Source of the DNA: Octopus vulgaris
Lineage: Eukaryota
Assembly (NCBI GenBank): GCA_951406725.2
Contig: OX597816.1
Location: 170,438,001 to 170,502,000, forward strand
DNA: 64,000 nucleotides
Direction: 5' to 3'
Shown here: piece after piece, positions 41,365 to 55,479 of the stretch
How positions within the stretch are numbered: the stretch's first letter is position 1
Layout of the letters: every line of letters starts with the position of its first letter
Notes under the pieces: model-generated
Seen by the model: the letters and a program-made list of their open reading frames with translations, nothing else
Database searches by the model: none
Told to the model about the DNA's origin: nothing
Made by a program: the position numbers and the translations under genes

Positions 41365-42175
41365 TCAGCAGTTGTCAAGCTGTGATGAGGGAGAAACACA
41401 GACACAAAGGACACACACATACACTTACTTGTATATATATATATACGATTGATTTCTTTCAGTTTTTGTCTAGGAAATCCACGCATTAGGGATCCACACA
41501 GACAGACAGATATTATCATATGTATGTATGCCTGTATATATATATAAAGTTTCACTTTAAAAATTTCAGTATTAATACTGAAACTATTAAAGTGAAAGTA
41601 TATGACATTACAATAGAGAGATGTTATTGTTCACTTTTGACGCGTAATACTGAAATAGTGGAAGAGACAAAAGATTGCTCTGCGCTCGCATTAGGCAAGA
41701 AGTTGAAAATGCTTTGGCCCATGATACTACATTGACCCTAAGTAAGGCATGTGTAAAATTTGAATGTTAATAGACCAACAGCAGTTGTTAAGCAGATGGA
41801 GAAACAGACACAAAGATACACACATACACTTACATATGTACATATATATATATATACGATTGATTTCTTTCAGTTTCTCTCTAGTAAATCCGCGCATTAA
41901 GGATTCATACAGACAGACACACAGACACACGGACAGAGAGACAGACATTCTCATATGTATGTAGGCCTGTAAGCCTGTATATATGTGAGATAATAGTTTC
42001 ACTTTAAAAGGGATTGCTCTGAGTTCGCATTAGGCAAGAAGTTGAAAAGTTTGTGGACCCATGACACTAGATAGACCTTAAGTAAGACATGTGTAAAATT
42101 GGAATGAAATCGGTTGCGTAGTTCTCGAGTTATAGGGATTCACACAGACATACAGACACACATTCTCATCTTCAT

Positions 42176-42182
<7 letters not shown>
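41365..42182 (-). mobile_element. Duplicated composite of SINE B fragment and Helitron 5' fragment
   Basis: 41365-41765 resembles 41779-42105. The minus strand from about 42180 reads TCTACATGAAGATGAGAATGTGTGTCTGTATGTCTG, similar in layout to the 5' end of the Helitron at 14659. Confidence 0.6.
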
Positions 42183-42908
<726 letters not shown>

Positions 42909-43003
42909 ATAATTAAATAATGAGGATAGAAATTAATATTATTAAATGATATTAATTGAAACCATTGTCGTAGAATATCGGATAACTACAAATTATATTT
43001 AAA

Positions 43004-43040
43004 TATTGGGTTGGCAACTAAGTTCTCGCCGTTTTTTAAG
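43004..43040 (+). mobile_element. Isolated mariner-like TIR
   Basis: TA|TTGGGTTGGCAACTAAGT resembles mariner TIRs. No partner found. Confidence 0.5.
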
Positions 43041-43086
43041 TTAAAACATGTTTTAAAGGTTTAATAAAAAATAAAACTTATTAAAT

Positions 43087-43440
43087 GTGGGAGCGCAATG
43101 GCCCAGTGGTTAGGGCAACGGACTCGCAGTCGTGGGATGACGGTTTCGATTCCCAAACCGGGCGTTGTGAGCGTTTATTGAACGAAAACACTCACAAGGA
43201 CCAAGCAGGGGGTGGTGGCGAACCCTGCTGTACACTTTCACCACAACTGTCTCTCACCCTTCTTCCTCTTTCTGTTGTATGTGTGTTTCAAAGGGCCAGC
43301 CTTGCCACACACTGAGTCACGCTGAATCTCCCCGAGAAATACATTAAAGTTACACGTGTCTGTGGTGTGCTCAGTCACTTACACGTTAATTTCATGAGCA
43401 GGCTGTTCCGTTGATCGGATCAACTGGAACCCTCCTCTAC

Positions 43441-43443
<3 letters not shown>
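43087..43443 (+). mobile_element. SINE family C, tail type 2
   Basis: Colinear with 39613-39996. Confidence 0.9.
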
Positions 43444-43521
<78 letters not shown>

Positions 43522-43540
43522 ATTCATATATGTATGTATA

Positions 43541-43728
43541 TGACTGCGGCCATGCTGGAGCACCGCCTTTAGTCGAGTAAATCGACCCCGGAACTTATTC
43601 TTTGTAAGCCCAGTACTTATTCTATCGGTCTCTTTTTGCCGAACCGCTAAGTAACGGGGACGTAAACACACCAGCATCATTTGTCAAGCAATGCTAGGGA
43701 GACAAACACAGACACACAAACACATACG

Positions 43729-43784
<56 letters not shown>

Positions 43785-43950
43785 TACGACAGGCTTCTTT
43801 CAGTTTCCGTCTACCAAATCCACTCACAATGCATTGGTCGGCCCGGGGCTATAGCAGAAAACACTTGCCCAAGATTCCACGCAGTGGCACTGAACCCAGA
43901 ACCATGTGGTTGGTTAGCAAGCTACTTACCACACAGCCACTCCTGCGCCT
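43541..43950 (-). mobile_element. SINE family B, tail lost
   Basis: Colinear with 38858-39274. Confidence 0.92.
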
Positions 43951-44210
43951 TTAATGTTGTAACTACATGTGGATTGTTGGCGATTTTAACTTATTTTTTT
44001 TTTCCTCCTTTCCCTTCAGATTTTTCTGTTTCCGACAAAGATCCTTGCTCGAAATGTTAATACCTCTCCCCTTTCACCGAGCGTGAAATTAATACGCTGC
44101 TCGTGCACGTCCTCATGTCTATTGCTTTCTTTTTTCTGTTTTTTAATTGTTTGTCCTTTGAGTTGACAATGTATGTATGTGTGTATATATATGCATGTTT
44201 GTATCATATA

Positions 44211-45041
44211 CAAGGTGCATTCCAGAAGTTTTGAGACTCGTTTTAGGGGAGGTATTTATAACTGACCTGATGTAATTTTTGTACATCATTACTATATATC
44301 TAATAAGAGCTGACCTGCTAAACCTTCTCTTTCCAGATTGAAGGAGACGGTTGTGAGAGTAAATTGAACACAATCTACAAAACACTGTTTGTGCATCTGA
44401 CTAGCTTGTAGAATGCTTTCGGACGTGAAGACAATCTGGAGGCTCGCCATGCAAGAAACTTTTGTGTGAAACTGAGCAAAAACATTACAGAAATTATGAA
44501 ATGCACCACACTGCCTATAGATTAACTTGTATGAGCTGAGCATCTGTCTTTCGCCGGTACGAGAGACCAGCAAGCAGGTCCACTGAGAAGCTAATAATGA
44601 TGCCCTTTTTCGACTGCAAGAGTATCGTCTATATCCATCGGGCTTGCTTTGGGCAGACGGTCAACAGACAGCAATTTATGAAAGATTTGAGAGAGTTCAT
44701 AAAGAGAATTCATCGCAAAAGGCCGGAAGCTTTGCAACAGGACAACGCACCAATCCACGGTTACATCCAGCTAGCCAGCTACTTGATAAAAATTGGCATC
44801 AAAACTGTTTGTCACCTTTTATACAGCCCCGGCCTTACTTCCTGTGACATGTCGTTGTTCTTCAGGCTGAAGAATATGAAGGAGACTGTGACAAGGATCT
44901 TAGACATCTTCCTTTTGAAGTGGCCGGAGCGCTACACCAAATGCATTAAAGTCAGAAGATCTTATTTTGAAGAAAATTACAGTCGCGAACTTTGAAATTA
45001 ATGTCTCACGTGAAAAAGTCTCATAACTAGAATGCAACTTG
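44211..45041 (+). mobile_element. Internally deleted mariner (DD34D) element
   Basis: Imperfect TIRs CAAGGTGCATTCCAGAAGTTTGAGACT / AGTCTCATAACTAGAATGCAACTTG. ORF 44597-44995 has QQDNAPIH and YSPGLTSCD..LF. Confidence 0.85.
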
Positions 45042-45679
45042 TGTATGTATATATGGATGTATCTTTTCTTGATACATTTTATATACTTAGAAAAACTATT
45101 AATATTTCAAAGAATACGAATTCCATGCGTGCGTGTATGACTAAGTATTAGTACGTCTCTGTACGTTTCTGCGTATGTTCATTCACGCGCGTGTGCTCTT
45201 GAGCAATTTCTGTACGTCAATGTTGTTTTGTCTAGTTCAGTTACTTTACAGAGATGGAGACTGATTTCATACGCTTCTGTATATATGTTTTTGATTTTTG
45301 TATCATCTGCAAATATTTTTTCCGATCAGAGATAATTTGCTGGTGGTTTCAGGTACAGAAGTGAAATCAACGGAAGACCGAAATGAAATCAATGGAAGAC
45401 TACAGAGCGCTGTAATTCGATTTCCTGTTCGTAGAAGCAGAACAAAATTATTTAAATAAGAGTATGTTAATTTTCTTGAAGCATTGCAATATATGTAAAT
45501 AAAATAAATGTTTGCAAAAGCTTTTGATCAATGCATAATGTGCTGTTAGCGACAGGCCATTCTAGTATTATGAACTGCCAATGACAATATATTTTACCGA
45601 AATATTTGTTCATTTTCGTTCTGCTATTTGAAAATGAAGTTCTCCCGAAAAAGAGATTTACTAAACTATCTATGTAAGG

Positions 45680-46840
45680 TGCAGGCCAGAGGTTGATGAG
45701 ACCGGTGAACGATAAGTTAAGTCCCGAACAAACAGGACTCCGCCCAGATTAGAACTGCACAAATCATATCACCACCTTGCGTATCGTCATTGAGCAACCG
45801 ATGCAGTAGCAGAGCCCTCTTTTCACTGCCTTCGTTGATTTCTAGAATACTTTCGACAGCGTGGATATGATGCAACATTATAGTAGTCCACCGAAAATCA
45901 TTAGCATCATCCAATAGCTTTATGACGGTGCTACTACCCATTCATCCACCATAGCAAACTAGCAGGCCCTTTCGTAATTCACACTGGTATAAGGCAAGAT
46001 TACTTTCTGTAACTAATGATATTTTAGGTAGTAATCAAGTGGATCATGAATGAGACAGGAAGTAACCCTGGGATCATGTGGACAGCTGTGAAGTCTCTGT
46101 TATCCAGATGATGTAAGAACGGCTCTCAAATAACCACCAATAGATGCAGACCACAGTCACACATTTAACTGAAGAGGAAATAAAAGCAGACCTTCGAGTG
46201 AACCAGAACAAGACAGAAGTTTTGATGAAAAAGATATGTCACCACAAACCAATTCAAATTGGCACCGAAGCCCTTCTGGAGACTGAAAAATTTGTGTATC
46301 AAGGCAGCAGCATCTCAAAGACGGGTGAAATATGAGAGGATGTGAGGTCCAAGATCGACAAGAACTGGTATGTTTTCAACAGTCTTCGAGCGATCTTTAA
46401 CTCAGGAGCTGTTCTTCTATATGGGTTCAGAAACATGGAGGGTCACCAAGGCCGAAAAGTGTGAGCTACAAATCTTCGTTTACAATTGACTGAGCTACCT
46501 CCTCAAAATCTAGTGGCCGGACAAGGTTTCAGACAGAAGACTCTGGAATAGAACGAACAAAATCCCCATCAATCAGGAAATTCTGAAAGGAATTGGGACT
46601 GGATCGGTCACACTCTAAACAGACCTCCAAGAAGCATTACATGACCGGTGTTAGAGTAGCAATCTGAAGGAAAGCAGAAAGTTAGATGGCCTAAGATGAC
46701 CTGGAAAGGATGCTTGGAGGATGAAGCGAAAGCAATCGGTCTCTGCTGGTCTGAAATCAAGGAGATAGCCCAAGATCGCGTTCATTGGCATGAAGTAGTT
46801 GCGGCCCGATGTTCCTTACGGAGTAATGTGGACAAACTAA
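45680..46840 (+). mobile_element. Decayed RTE-clade LINE (RT and C-terminus)
   Basis: AFVDF*NTFDSV, LRVNQNKTEVL, EKFVYQGSSI, WDWIGHTLNR, AQDRVHWHEVVAARC. Confidence 0.85.
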
Positions 46841-47639
46841 AATACTTATGTAACGTAATACATTATCCTTCTTCTATTTGTTTTCATTTATTGACATCAC
46901 CGCACATATTTTGCTTAACTCCTCACCTGCATTGTTGAAGGCGATTTGCAAGTTTCTTTTAATCTTAGAAACTTTTTACCTCTATTAGAAAGTCCGCGTA
47001 AATATAAATCCTTGTTACTGTAAGAGATTTGTTGTATTTTAAGAATTAATCATTAATGTTTATCGATTCTCCTATACCTTCTAATCACTTTTATCAGTTC
47101 TTATTTTGGCTACGATCACCTTGTTAATCTTACACCCAAGAAATATCATATTAGTCCAATTAAAAATTAGTGAACGTCGATCTAAAGAACCTTATGACAT
47201 AATATATACAATATACAGAAATTTGTAAAATATACATAAAAATTCCAACTTATTTGTGGATTGATATGATAATGATATAAGATCACGAACGTATCATTAT
47301 TGGGAGTCTAAATATTGAAATATCTTGCATAACATTTTCATTTTTTAAATTTTGATTTAACTTGAATTTATAAATATATTCTTAAAAGATTTCGGTTGTT
47401 TACAAACTCAAAATTATTTCTTTAAACTATTTTACTTTTAGCTTTTATAATATAGTTTTGGATAATTTTTGATAGAATCTAATTTCATCTCCTTACATGA
47501 ATGTGTTCGGTTTCTAAATAATCAGTAACTGCTAATTCAGAAAAAAAAATATCATCCGTAATATGAAAGGAAAAATATTTATAATTTCCTTCATCTAACC
47601 GTTTCTAAATGCGCATTTCCACTTAAATAACAACATAAC

Positions 47640-47686
47640 AAATAATGATAATAATAATAATAATGATAATGATGATAATAATAATG

Positions 47687-47754
<68 letters not shown>

Positions 47755-47846
47755 GATAATAATAATGATAATAAAATTAATAATAATAATAATAATAACA
47801 ATGATAATGATGATAATAATAATGATAATAATAATAATAATAATAA

Positions 47847-47877
<31 letters not shown>

Positions 47878-47935
47878 AAGAAGAAGAAGAAGAAGAAGAA
47901 GAAGAAGAACAACAACAACAACAACAACAACAACA
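47640..47935. repeat. (TAA/TGA)n(GAA)n(CAA)n microsatellite
   Basis: Seen directly. Confidence 0.97.
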
Positions 47936-48973
47936 AGAGCTCTCAGAGAGCGCAAACCTCCGCCAAAGCAACACCAACGTCTCCTCAACGATTAGCCGCT
48001 GATGATTTTTAAAATGAGAATATCTGAAATAAACTCGACTGCTCTCACGAACAAAAATACTAAAAATGAACCCGACAGCTCTCAAAAATTAAGTTTTAAA
48101 AAAAATGGGAAAATAATCCGGTACCTGATCGATCCCAGTGGTAATCATGGAATGTGAAGGCGGATGTGCGGGTCGTGTTTGTAATGCTTTGGGTGTGCCG
48201 TCTGCAGTGGGAACAGGGACAGGTTTCTCTATGAAGGCCTTTATTTTCACTCTATTCCCAGATATAGTGTCTTTACGTCCATTAAGGTCTATAGCGAAAA
48301 AGTTATCCGTGCGTGAAAGAAAACGGAAAAGACCTGCATACGGCGCTGTTAACGGAGGTGTAACATCATGGTTGCGCACAAAAACCTGAGTCCAAGAAAA
48401 TAAAGCTTTCTTCAAAGCAGAGCTAGAAATGCAACCGTCAAGTAGGTAAGAGGTTTTAAACAAGAGCGATATATTCAAACTGAAAGTTGTCGAAGATAAA
48501 TTAAATATATTATTGTTACAGAATGATAGTGTTATTTAATTTCTGAACGGTTTTGCTGCCGTTTGTTTACGTAGTTTGATTTCTTTATCCATCAGTTTCC
48601 ACTAAGATAGAGACACGAATAAAATTAATAAAAGAGAAGCGAAAACAAAACTTTGGAAACAGCAACGCCACCATAAATTACGTGGAAACCATGAGCGTAC
48701 TTTCAAGGGAGATAATCAGAGAAAGACTTGAAAGTGAACGTAAGATCTTGATCATTTAAAGTAAAGTAAATGTAACAAATAATCCAGAATACTTGTCTGG
48801 TACCGCTTCGATCCCAAAATCTAATCAGTTTGTACCATTCATATGGTCAAACGTCCTGAAAGTTTCAACCGAATCTATCTAGCGGTTCTTGAGATATCTT
48901 GTCCACGTACAAACAAACAAAAACAAAAAAACACAACTGAAAACAATACCTCCGCATTCGCTAAGGCGGTGGT

Positions 48974-48975
<2 letters not shown>
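47932..48975 (+). mobile_element. Helentron-associated non-autonomous element(s) (HINE/DINE-1-like), interrupted
   Basis: 5' AACAAGAGC..ACCTCCGCC. 3' (ACAA)n then hairpin ACCTCCGC..GCGGTGGT complementary to the 5' sub-terminal motif. A second AACAAGAGC at about 48459. Confidence 0.65.
48140..48420 (-). mobile_element. Gypsy LTR-retrotransposon integrase C-terminal (GPY/F) fragment
   Basis: QVFVRNHDVTPPLTAPYAGLFRFLSRTDNFFAIDLNGRKDTISGNRVK..AF. Confidence 0.8.
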
Positions 48976-49017
<42 letters not shown>

Positions 49018-49040
49018 TAATAATAATAATAGTAATAATG

Positions 49041-49130
<90 letters not shown>

Positions 49131-49169
49131 GTAATAATAATAATAATAATAATAATGGTAATAATAATA

Positions 49170-49265
<96 letters not shown>

Positions 49266-49277
49266 GTAATAATAATA

Positions 49278-49337
<60 letters not shown>

Positions 49338-49349
49338 GTAATAATAATA

Positions 49350-49400
<51 letters not shown>

Positions 49401-49402
49401 TA

Positions 49403-49480
<78 letters not shown>

Positions 49481-49504
49481 GTAATAATAATAAAAATAAA
49501 ACTA

Positions 49505-49584
<80 letters not shown>

Positions 49585-49625
49585 TAATAATAATAATGAT
49601 AATGATGATGATGACGACGATGACG
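48975..49625. repeat. ~650-bp (TAA)n array with variant units
   Basis: Seen directly. Confidence 0.97.
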
Positions 49626-50251
49626 ATACACAAGATACGAGTTATTCATCATTTGATGTACAAACCATCAAATTTGAAGACAAATGTTAATGGTCTTTTA
49701 ATGATATTAATGATTACAATATACTTCAATAGTAAATGTGGGCAAATGCAATAAAACTTTGAATTAAATTCAATTTAGAAGATTTATTTTCCTCTCTATT
49801 TTGCTATTCTTTTACTGGTATTAGTAATGTGGCTGCGGCAAAGCTACGAAGAACTCTTCATGGTTTTAAATGATTATATCATCCTTATCCATTCTAAAGC
49901 CCGGTATCTTTATTATGGACGGAATTGTGTTCGTCTTTCCTGTCTTTGGAGTTAATAAAAATATCAACCATTCATCTACTATAGCTAATCAGTTTTGTAA
50001 CGTAAATAAACCGACTACGTAACAAGTATTGTGGTAAAAAGAGGATTTCTTTCTTTTATTCTCAAAATTGGATTTCTTCTTAACCTGAAATGGAGTTCCA
50101 ATTCTCTCGGAAACTATTTCCGTTATTTAGAATACTTTGGAAGATTCCTTCTTCTTAATAAGCACAACTTTTTTCCTGAAAATTAACGTTGTAAAAGTAA
50201 AAGCAAATAACCTTAAGGCAGCTCAGATGTCTGCTTCAAAAATGTTGCCTT

Positions 50252-51284
50252 ATTTCAGTTCAGAATGTAAAATCGGAAGAAATACCGCGAAGCATAACTT
50301 CCGCTTTGCTAACGATTCTCCCAGGTCACCGCCGTCTTAAAGATAATATCAATTTTTATTGATAAGTGATTAACAGAGCATATCGCACTCGTAGCCTAAA
50401 GAATACCATGAAATTTACAAATTATTGCATGTACTGAAAAAGCACAGACGCTATTCCTTAAAGGAAAGAAATTAATTTATGGATTAAATTTTATACCAAA
50501 ATATTCTCCTTCACCTATCACTTTGATATTTACCTGCTAGTATTTAGCGAATTAATTTCTCTATAATAAATGTACATGTTAAAGAAGTCAAATGTCTTAA
50601 AGCACTTATTCTAAAACCAAAAAAAAAATGTTACATACCTAACGTGATTTAATACATTTAAATTACAATGTTGAAAATAATGTCATTGCTTACAGGTTTC
50701 TAACAAGCTGATCACTGGTGTTTTGCCAATGCTTACACACAAAGAATAGACCCACTCATGTACAAACTAGATGTTTCATGCCTAAGGTGTCTCGCAATGA
50801 TATCAATTCCATTACCTCGTGATTCCGAGACAAACTTTTTATTATATAGCCATGCCATCGGCCTTAAAATCGCTGTATTTTCTTTAAGAGTGCGGATAAT
50901 ATTTTTGTAATCAAAAATAACTCTTAGTGAGGTCATCTGAATCTGATTTTATAAATGCATGCAGGCATTTACAAAAAATATTACTCACTGGAGCTAATTG
51001 GGAAGCAATTACTCCGAGTTAAATTTATTAAAACACATTGTTTAAATAATTAAGCATCGGCTAAGCGTCCCGTTTTGTCATATTACTTTTAATCAGCATT
51101 TGCGGTGAGAATATATCATATAGTTCACTCCATTGGTACCTTAACACGTGCGATATGCTCTGTTAATCACTTATCACTAAATATTGATATTATCTTTAAG
51201 ACGGCGGTGACCTGGGGGAATCGTTAGCAAAGCGGAAGTTATGCTTCGCGGTATTTCTACCGATTTTACATTCTGAACTGAAAT
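50252..51284. repeat. 137-bp inverted duplication (50252-50388 / 51148-51284)
   Basis: 4 mismatches by eye. Arms contain a SINE A head plus about 50 bp of non-SINE flank. Confidence 0.92.
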
Positions 51285-51420
51285 TCCAACGAAATCAGCT
51301 TTACCTTTCATGATTTTGTAGGTCTATAAAACAAATACCAGTTCCACACTGGGACCAAAGTAATTGATTAGCCACTTCACCCAAAATTTCAGGCCTTGTA
51401 ACTACATTAGAAAGAACTAC
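51200..51420 (+). mobile_element. SINE family A-related monomer, diverged
   Basis: GGCGGTGACCTGG head, CTTTACCTTTCAT core, CCCAAAATTTCAGGCCTTGT tail. Confidence 0.75.
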
Positions 51421-51924
51421 TATTACTGGCAGAGATGCAAGACATTCTACCCTCAGTCGTAAATAATAGACAAAATGCAAATAATTTATGCTCCCATAAA
51501 ATTAATTTGATAATACTTTAATTCGTAAAATGAATTTTAAATGTAGTTGAGAGAAACCAAATCAGTGATGCTCTTGTTGCTCAAACCCAGATCCGGCTGG
51601 ATGGCCACAGTAAGAACGCATTTGGTTCGTAATACCGAAAATCGTTATAGCCTTTTCTGCACAGCGAGTTTTGTTTTATTTTTATTGCAGTAGATCGAGC
51701 ACTAACATAGGGAATTTCTCATTTTCTCTTTTTGATTCCGAGAAGTATCGCATGTAGATTAATGTAGTGAAATAGTATAAAGGTAGTATGATTTTTATTT
51801 ATTAACATATATGCTATTTGATGTACATTATTAGACAGAATATTTGAAAGGGAACGGTATCCCAGATGAAAATGTCTTTATAATTCAATGAACAGTATCT
51901 TTTCTCAATCATTAATATCAGAAA

Positions 51925-52135
51925 GTTGGCAAGCTGGCAGAAAGGTTAGCACGTTGGGCGAAATGTTTTTTTCGGTATTTCGTCTGCCGTTACGTTCTAA
52001 GTACAAATTCCGCCGAGGTTGACTTCACCTTTCATCCTTTCGGGGTCAGTACCAGTTGTGTGCTGGGGTCGATTTAATCTGCTGACCTCTTATCCTAAAA
52101 TTTCGGGCTTTTTCCTAGAGCAAAAAAGAATTATC
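51925..52135 (+). mobile_element. SINE family A monomer
   Basis: GCTGGCAGAAAGGTTAGCACG head, CCTTTCATCCTTTCGGGGTC core. Confidence 0.85.
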
Positions 52136-52139
52136 GATA

Positions 52140-52960
52140 TCAGGCTGAATAAAAAGTACGCAACGTTCATCACAATATATTTCAACAATGCTGAAATTTT
52201 ATTCATCAAAGTAAGTACCATTACAATCAACATATTTTTGCGGACGAGTTACAAGTTTGTTTATTCTGGTCACATAAAAATGTGGAGTTCTGAAGCTGAT
52301 GAACTCTTTGAACAAACTTTCAGCATCGGTTTGATTTTTGAACTTCTCTCGCAGGTAGGAGAAAGGTTGGGAATGAGCTGGGTGGAGAAGAACTTCGTAG
52401 CCAAGTTCCTCCAACTTCTGGAGCGTCATTAGTGAAACGTGTGGTCGGGCATTTTCAGGAGGAATGATTGGCCCTCTTCTGTGGACCTGTCAGGACAGAG
52501 GTGTAGCAGTTTTTTCATTCATTTTGGCAATTTTATGGCAATATGTTTCTACAGTAATAGTATTTTTCTGGGGTTTAAGAAGTTATAGTGGTTGGGTCCA
52601 GCAGTACACTACCAAACAGTCAACACAATCTTCTTTTTGAAGAGCTTGGGTCTAGGGAAAGTTTTGGTCCAACCAATGCGAAGAACGATTTTTATTATTG
52701 TACAGAATTCACGTTTCATCGCAAGTGACAATACGATCGAAAAATGGATCGATCTGGTTACGGAGAAGAAGCGACGAGCAAATTTCATATCTGCGCATTT
52801 CTGATTTTCATGCAAATCGTGTGGTACCCATTTGTCAATCAGTTTAGATTTTCCGATAGCATGCAAATGGTTGCAGACAGTTTTCGGGCTAACTTTTGCC
52901 AATATTCGAGTGGTTTCATGCGCATTTTTCTCAATGACGGTCTTTAAGTCACCAACATCA
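52140..52960 (-). mobile_element. Mariner element, 5'-truncated
   Basis: KWVPHDL (WVPHEL motif), KKIVLTVW, LEELGYEVLLHPAHS, CNGTYFDE*. TIR TA|TCAGGCTGAATAAAAAGT. Confidence 0.88.
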
Positions 52961-53180
52961 TCGTGTTCGAAGTGGAACACCTACAGAGGGTAGGCGATGC
53001 CATTAAGGATTAGGAGACGGTGGCAGGAGCTAAGATTAACCGTGATAAGTCAGTCGGCTTGCAGCTCAGCACTTGGGGAGGCAAGACGATACCTCCCAAC
53101 AACGTCGTCGGGCGTCAGACGGAGGGTCCAGTCAAGATATTAGGGGTTTGGTTCGGGTCAGGTTTCCAGATAGAGAACTT
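52960..53180 (+). mobile_element. L1/Tx1-clade LINE RT fragment
   Basis: AGAKINRDKSVGL...PVKILGVWFG matches the L1/Tx1 RT C-terminal motifs. Confidence 0.7.
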
Positions 53181-53235
53181 CTTAGCCAATAATAATAATA
53201 TGATGATGATGATAATAATAATAATAATAATAATG

Positions 53236-53272
<37 letters not shown>

Positions 53273-53274
53273 TA

Positions 53275-55070
53275 ATGCTCAATGACGCACAGTACGGATA
53301 TAAAATGTTGGATAAAAATATAAATCATCTCATTTACATGGATGATTTAAAGCTCTTTGCAAAAAATGACCAACAACTCAAGGGCTTACTAACGATTGTT
53401 AAACAATTTGGTGATGACATCAGAATGCAATCTGGCCTCAATAAATGTGCAAAAGCTACTTTTATCAAAGGAAAAATGAAAGAAACATCTAACATTTACC
53501 TCGACCAGCAGAATGTCATAAAAGAGTTAGACCCAGCAGAGAGCTACATGTATCTAGGGGTAATTGAAGAGGACAGAATAAGGCATTCAGTGATGAAGGA
53601 AAGGATCAGGAGAGAATGTTATCGCAGAGTAAGAGCAATACTCAAGACAGAGCTGAATGCGAGAAACAAGATCGAAGCGATCAATGCTCTAGCCATACCA
53701 GTCGTGACTTACAGTTTCAATATCGTTAACTGGTCAATTACTGAAATATGTAATCTTGACAGAAAAATACGAAAACTGTTGACAATGCATAGAATGCACC
53801 ACCCTAAGGCAGATATAGATCGACTTTATCTACCAAGAAAAGAGGGAGGACGTGGGCTTTTACAACTGGCAATAACAATAAAGGTTGCTACAATTGGCCT
53901 AGATACCTACCTGAAAATCTCTGAGGACTGATGTTAAAACTTGTCTCAAAACATGAAAACAAGAAAGCATCATACTCAGTAACAAAACAGGCAAAGGAAT
54001 ATCTAAGTGAATTCCGAATACAACAAATTTCGGAATTAGACATACACAGAAAAAGCTAAGCCCATGAAAACCCGTGCTAAAACTGCTGCCTTAGATATTC
54101 TGAATGATAAATGGCAAGAAAAACCTCTCAATGGCAAATACCCAAAGAGAGCGAATAAGGCAGATGTTAACAAAACCCTGACCCATCAATGGAGAATGGC
54201 CTCTGGCTTAAAATCTGAAATGGAGGGGTTTATCATAGCAGCTCAAGATCAATACCTACCTACAAGGAACTACCAGGCCAACATATTAAAGAACGACAGT
54301 AGCCCAACATATCGTGTATGTCAACAACAAAATGAAACCATTGATCATGTTGTCTCCAAGTGCGGTCTTCTTACGCCTACAGAGTATCTCAACAAGCATG
54401 ATAGAGCTGCAGAATATATTTACTGGGTAATTTGAAAAAGCCTGGACTTGACCCATGATAAAAACTGGTGGGAACACAAACCACCTCCAGTGCTTGAAAA
54501 TGACCACATCTCACTTCTCTGGAACTTCACCATTCAAACTGACAGAAAGAAAAATGCAAATAGGCCAGACATCATAGTAAAATACTTCAGTCAAAAAACA
54601 TGCCTCCTCGTTGATATGACTGTCCCAATAGATATAAACGTATCTGTCAAGACCTACAAGAAACTGAGTAAATATAAAGATCTGGAAATAGAAATCAGCA
54701 AAATGTGGAACCTGAAGACTAAATCAATATCTGTTGTCATAGGTGACCTGGGAATGATAGCAAAAGGGGCTGATTGCTACCTAACTCAGATACCAGGAAA
54801 CCTCAAAATGGCAGAAATTCAAAAGATAGTGCTCATGGAAACTGCTCATATCCTACGCAAAATACTTTCTATGTAATCTCAAGTTTTAAAACAAACATAA
54901 CTTTCGTATGGTTTTTTTTTAGGCATTCACTAGTACAACACTAAGTACAAAATCAAATATATGGCACCCTAGGCATAACACCAACACGAACTTCCAACTT
55001 GTTGTCTCTTGAGGTCTCTGGGTGAGACTTGGAGCCAGCTTGTGCAAATGAAAATCAAAAGTCAAACATA

Positions 55071-55072
<2 letters not shown>
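53275..55072 (+). mobile_element. R4/Dong-type LINE, 5'-truncated, with intact 3' end
   Basis: YMDDLKLFAK, LYLPRKEGGRGL, VC..ETIDHVVSKC, KHDR, NRPDIIV..LVDMTVP. Stop at 54876, 3' UTR, (AAT)n on both sides. Confidence 0.95.
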
Positions 55073-55163
<91 letters not shown>

Positions 55164-55185
55164 TAATAATAATAATAATAATAAC

Positions 55186-55308
55186 ATGAACGAACTAGTG
55201 AGTTTAGTTTAATGGCCTCCCAATATATACTATGAATTTCTTTGCCCTAGGAGTCGGGAAGACACTCGGCAAGAAATGGAAGCAAATTTGAAAGAAGAAA
55301 AAAAAAAG
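55186..55308 (+). mobile_element. Short RLE-LINE 3' UTR stub between (TAA)n tracts
   Basis: CCCTAGGAGTCGGGAAGACACTCGGCAAGAAATGGAA resembles the 3' UTR at 20590-20640 (minus). Confidence 0.6.
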
Positions 55309-55340
55309 ATAATAATAATAATGATGATGATGAGGATAAT

Positions 55341-55396
<56 letters not shown>

Positions 55397-55406
55397 TAAT
55401 AATAAC

Positions 55407-55476
<70 letters not shown>

Positions 55477-55479
<3 letters not shown>

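Noticed and set aside
47595-49690. Poly-I/L/Y/N ORFs that look like membrane or low-complexity proteins
   Set aside because: Readings of (TAA)n and related trinucleotide arrays.
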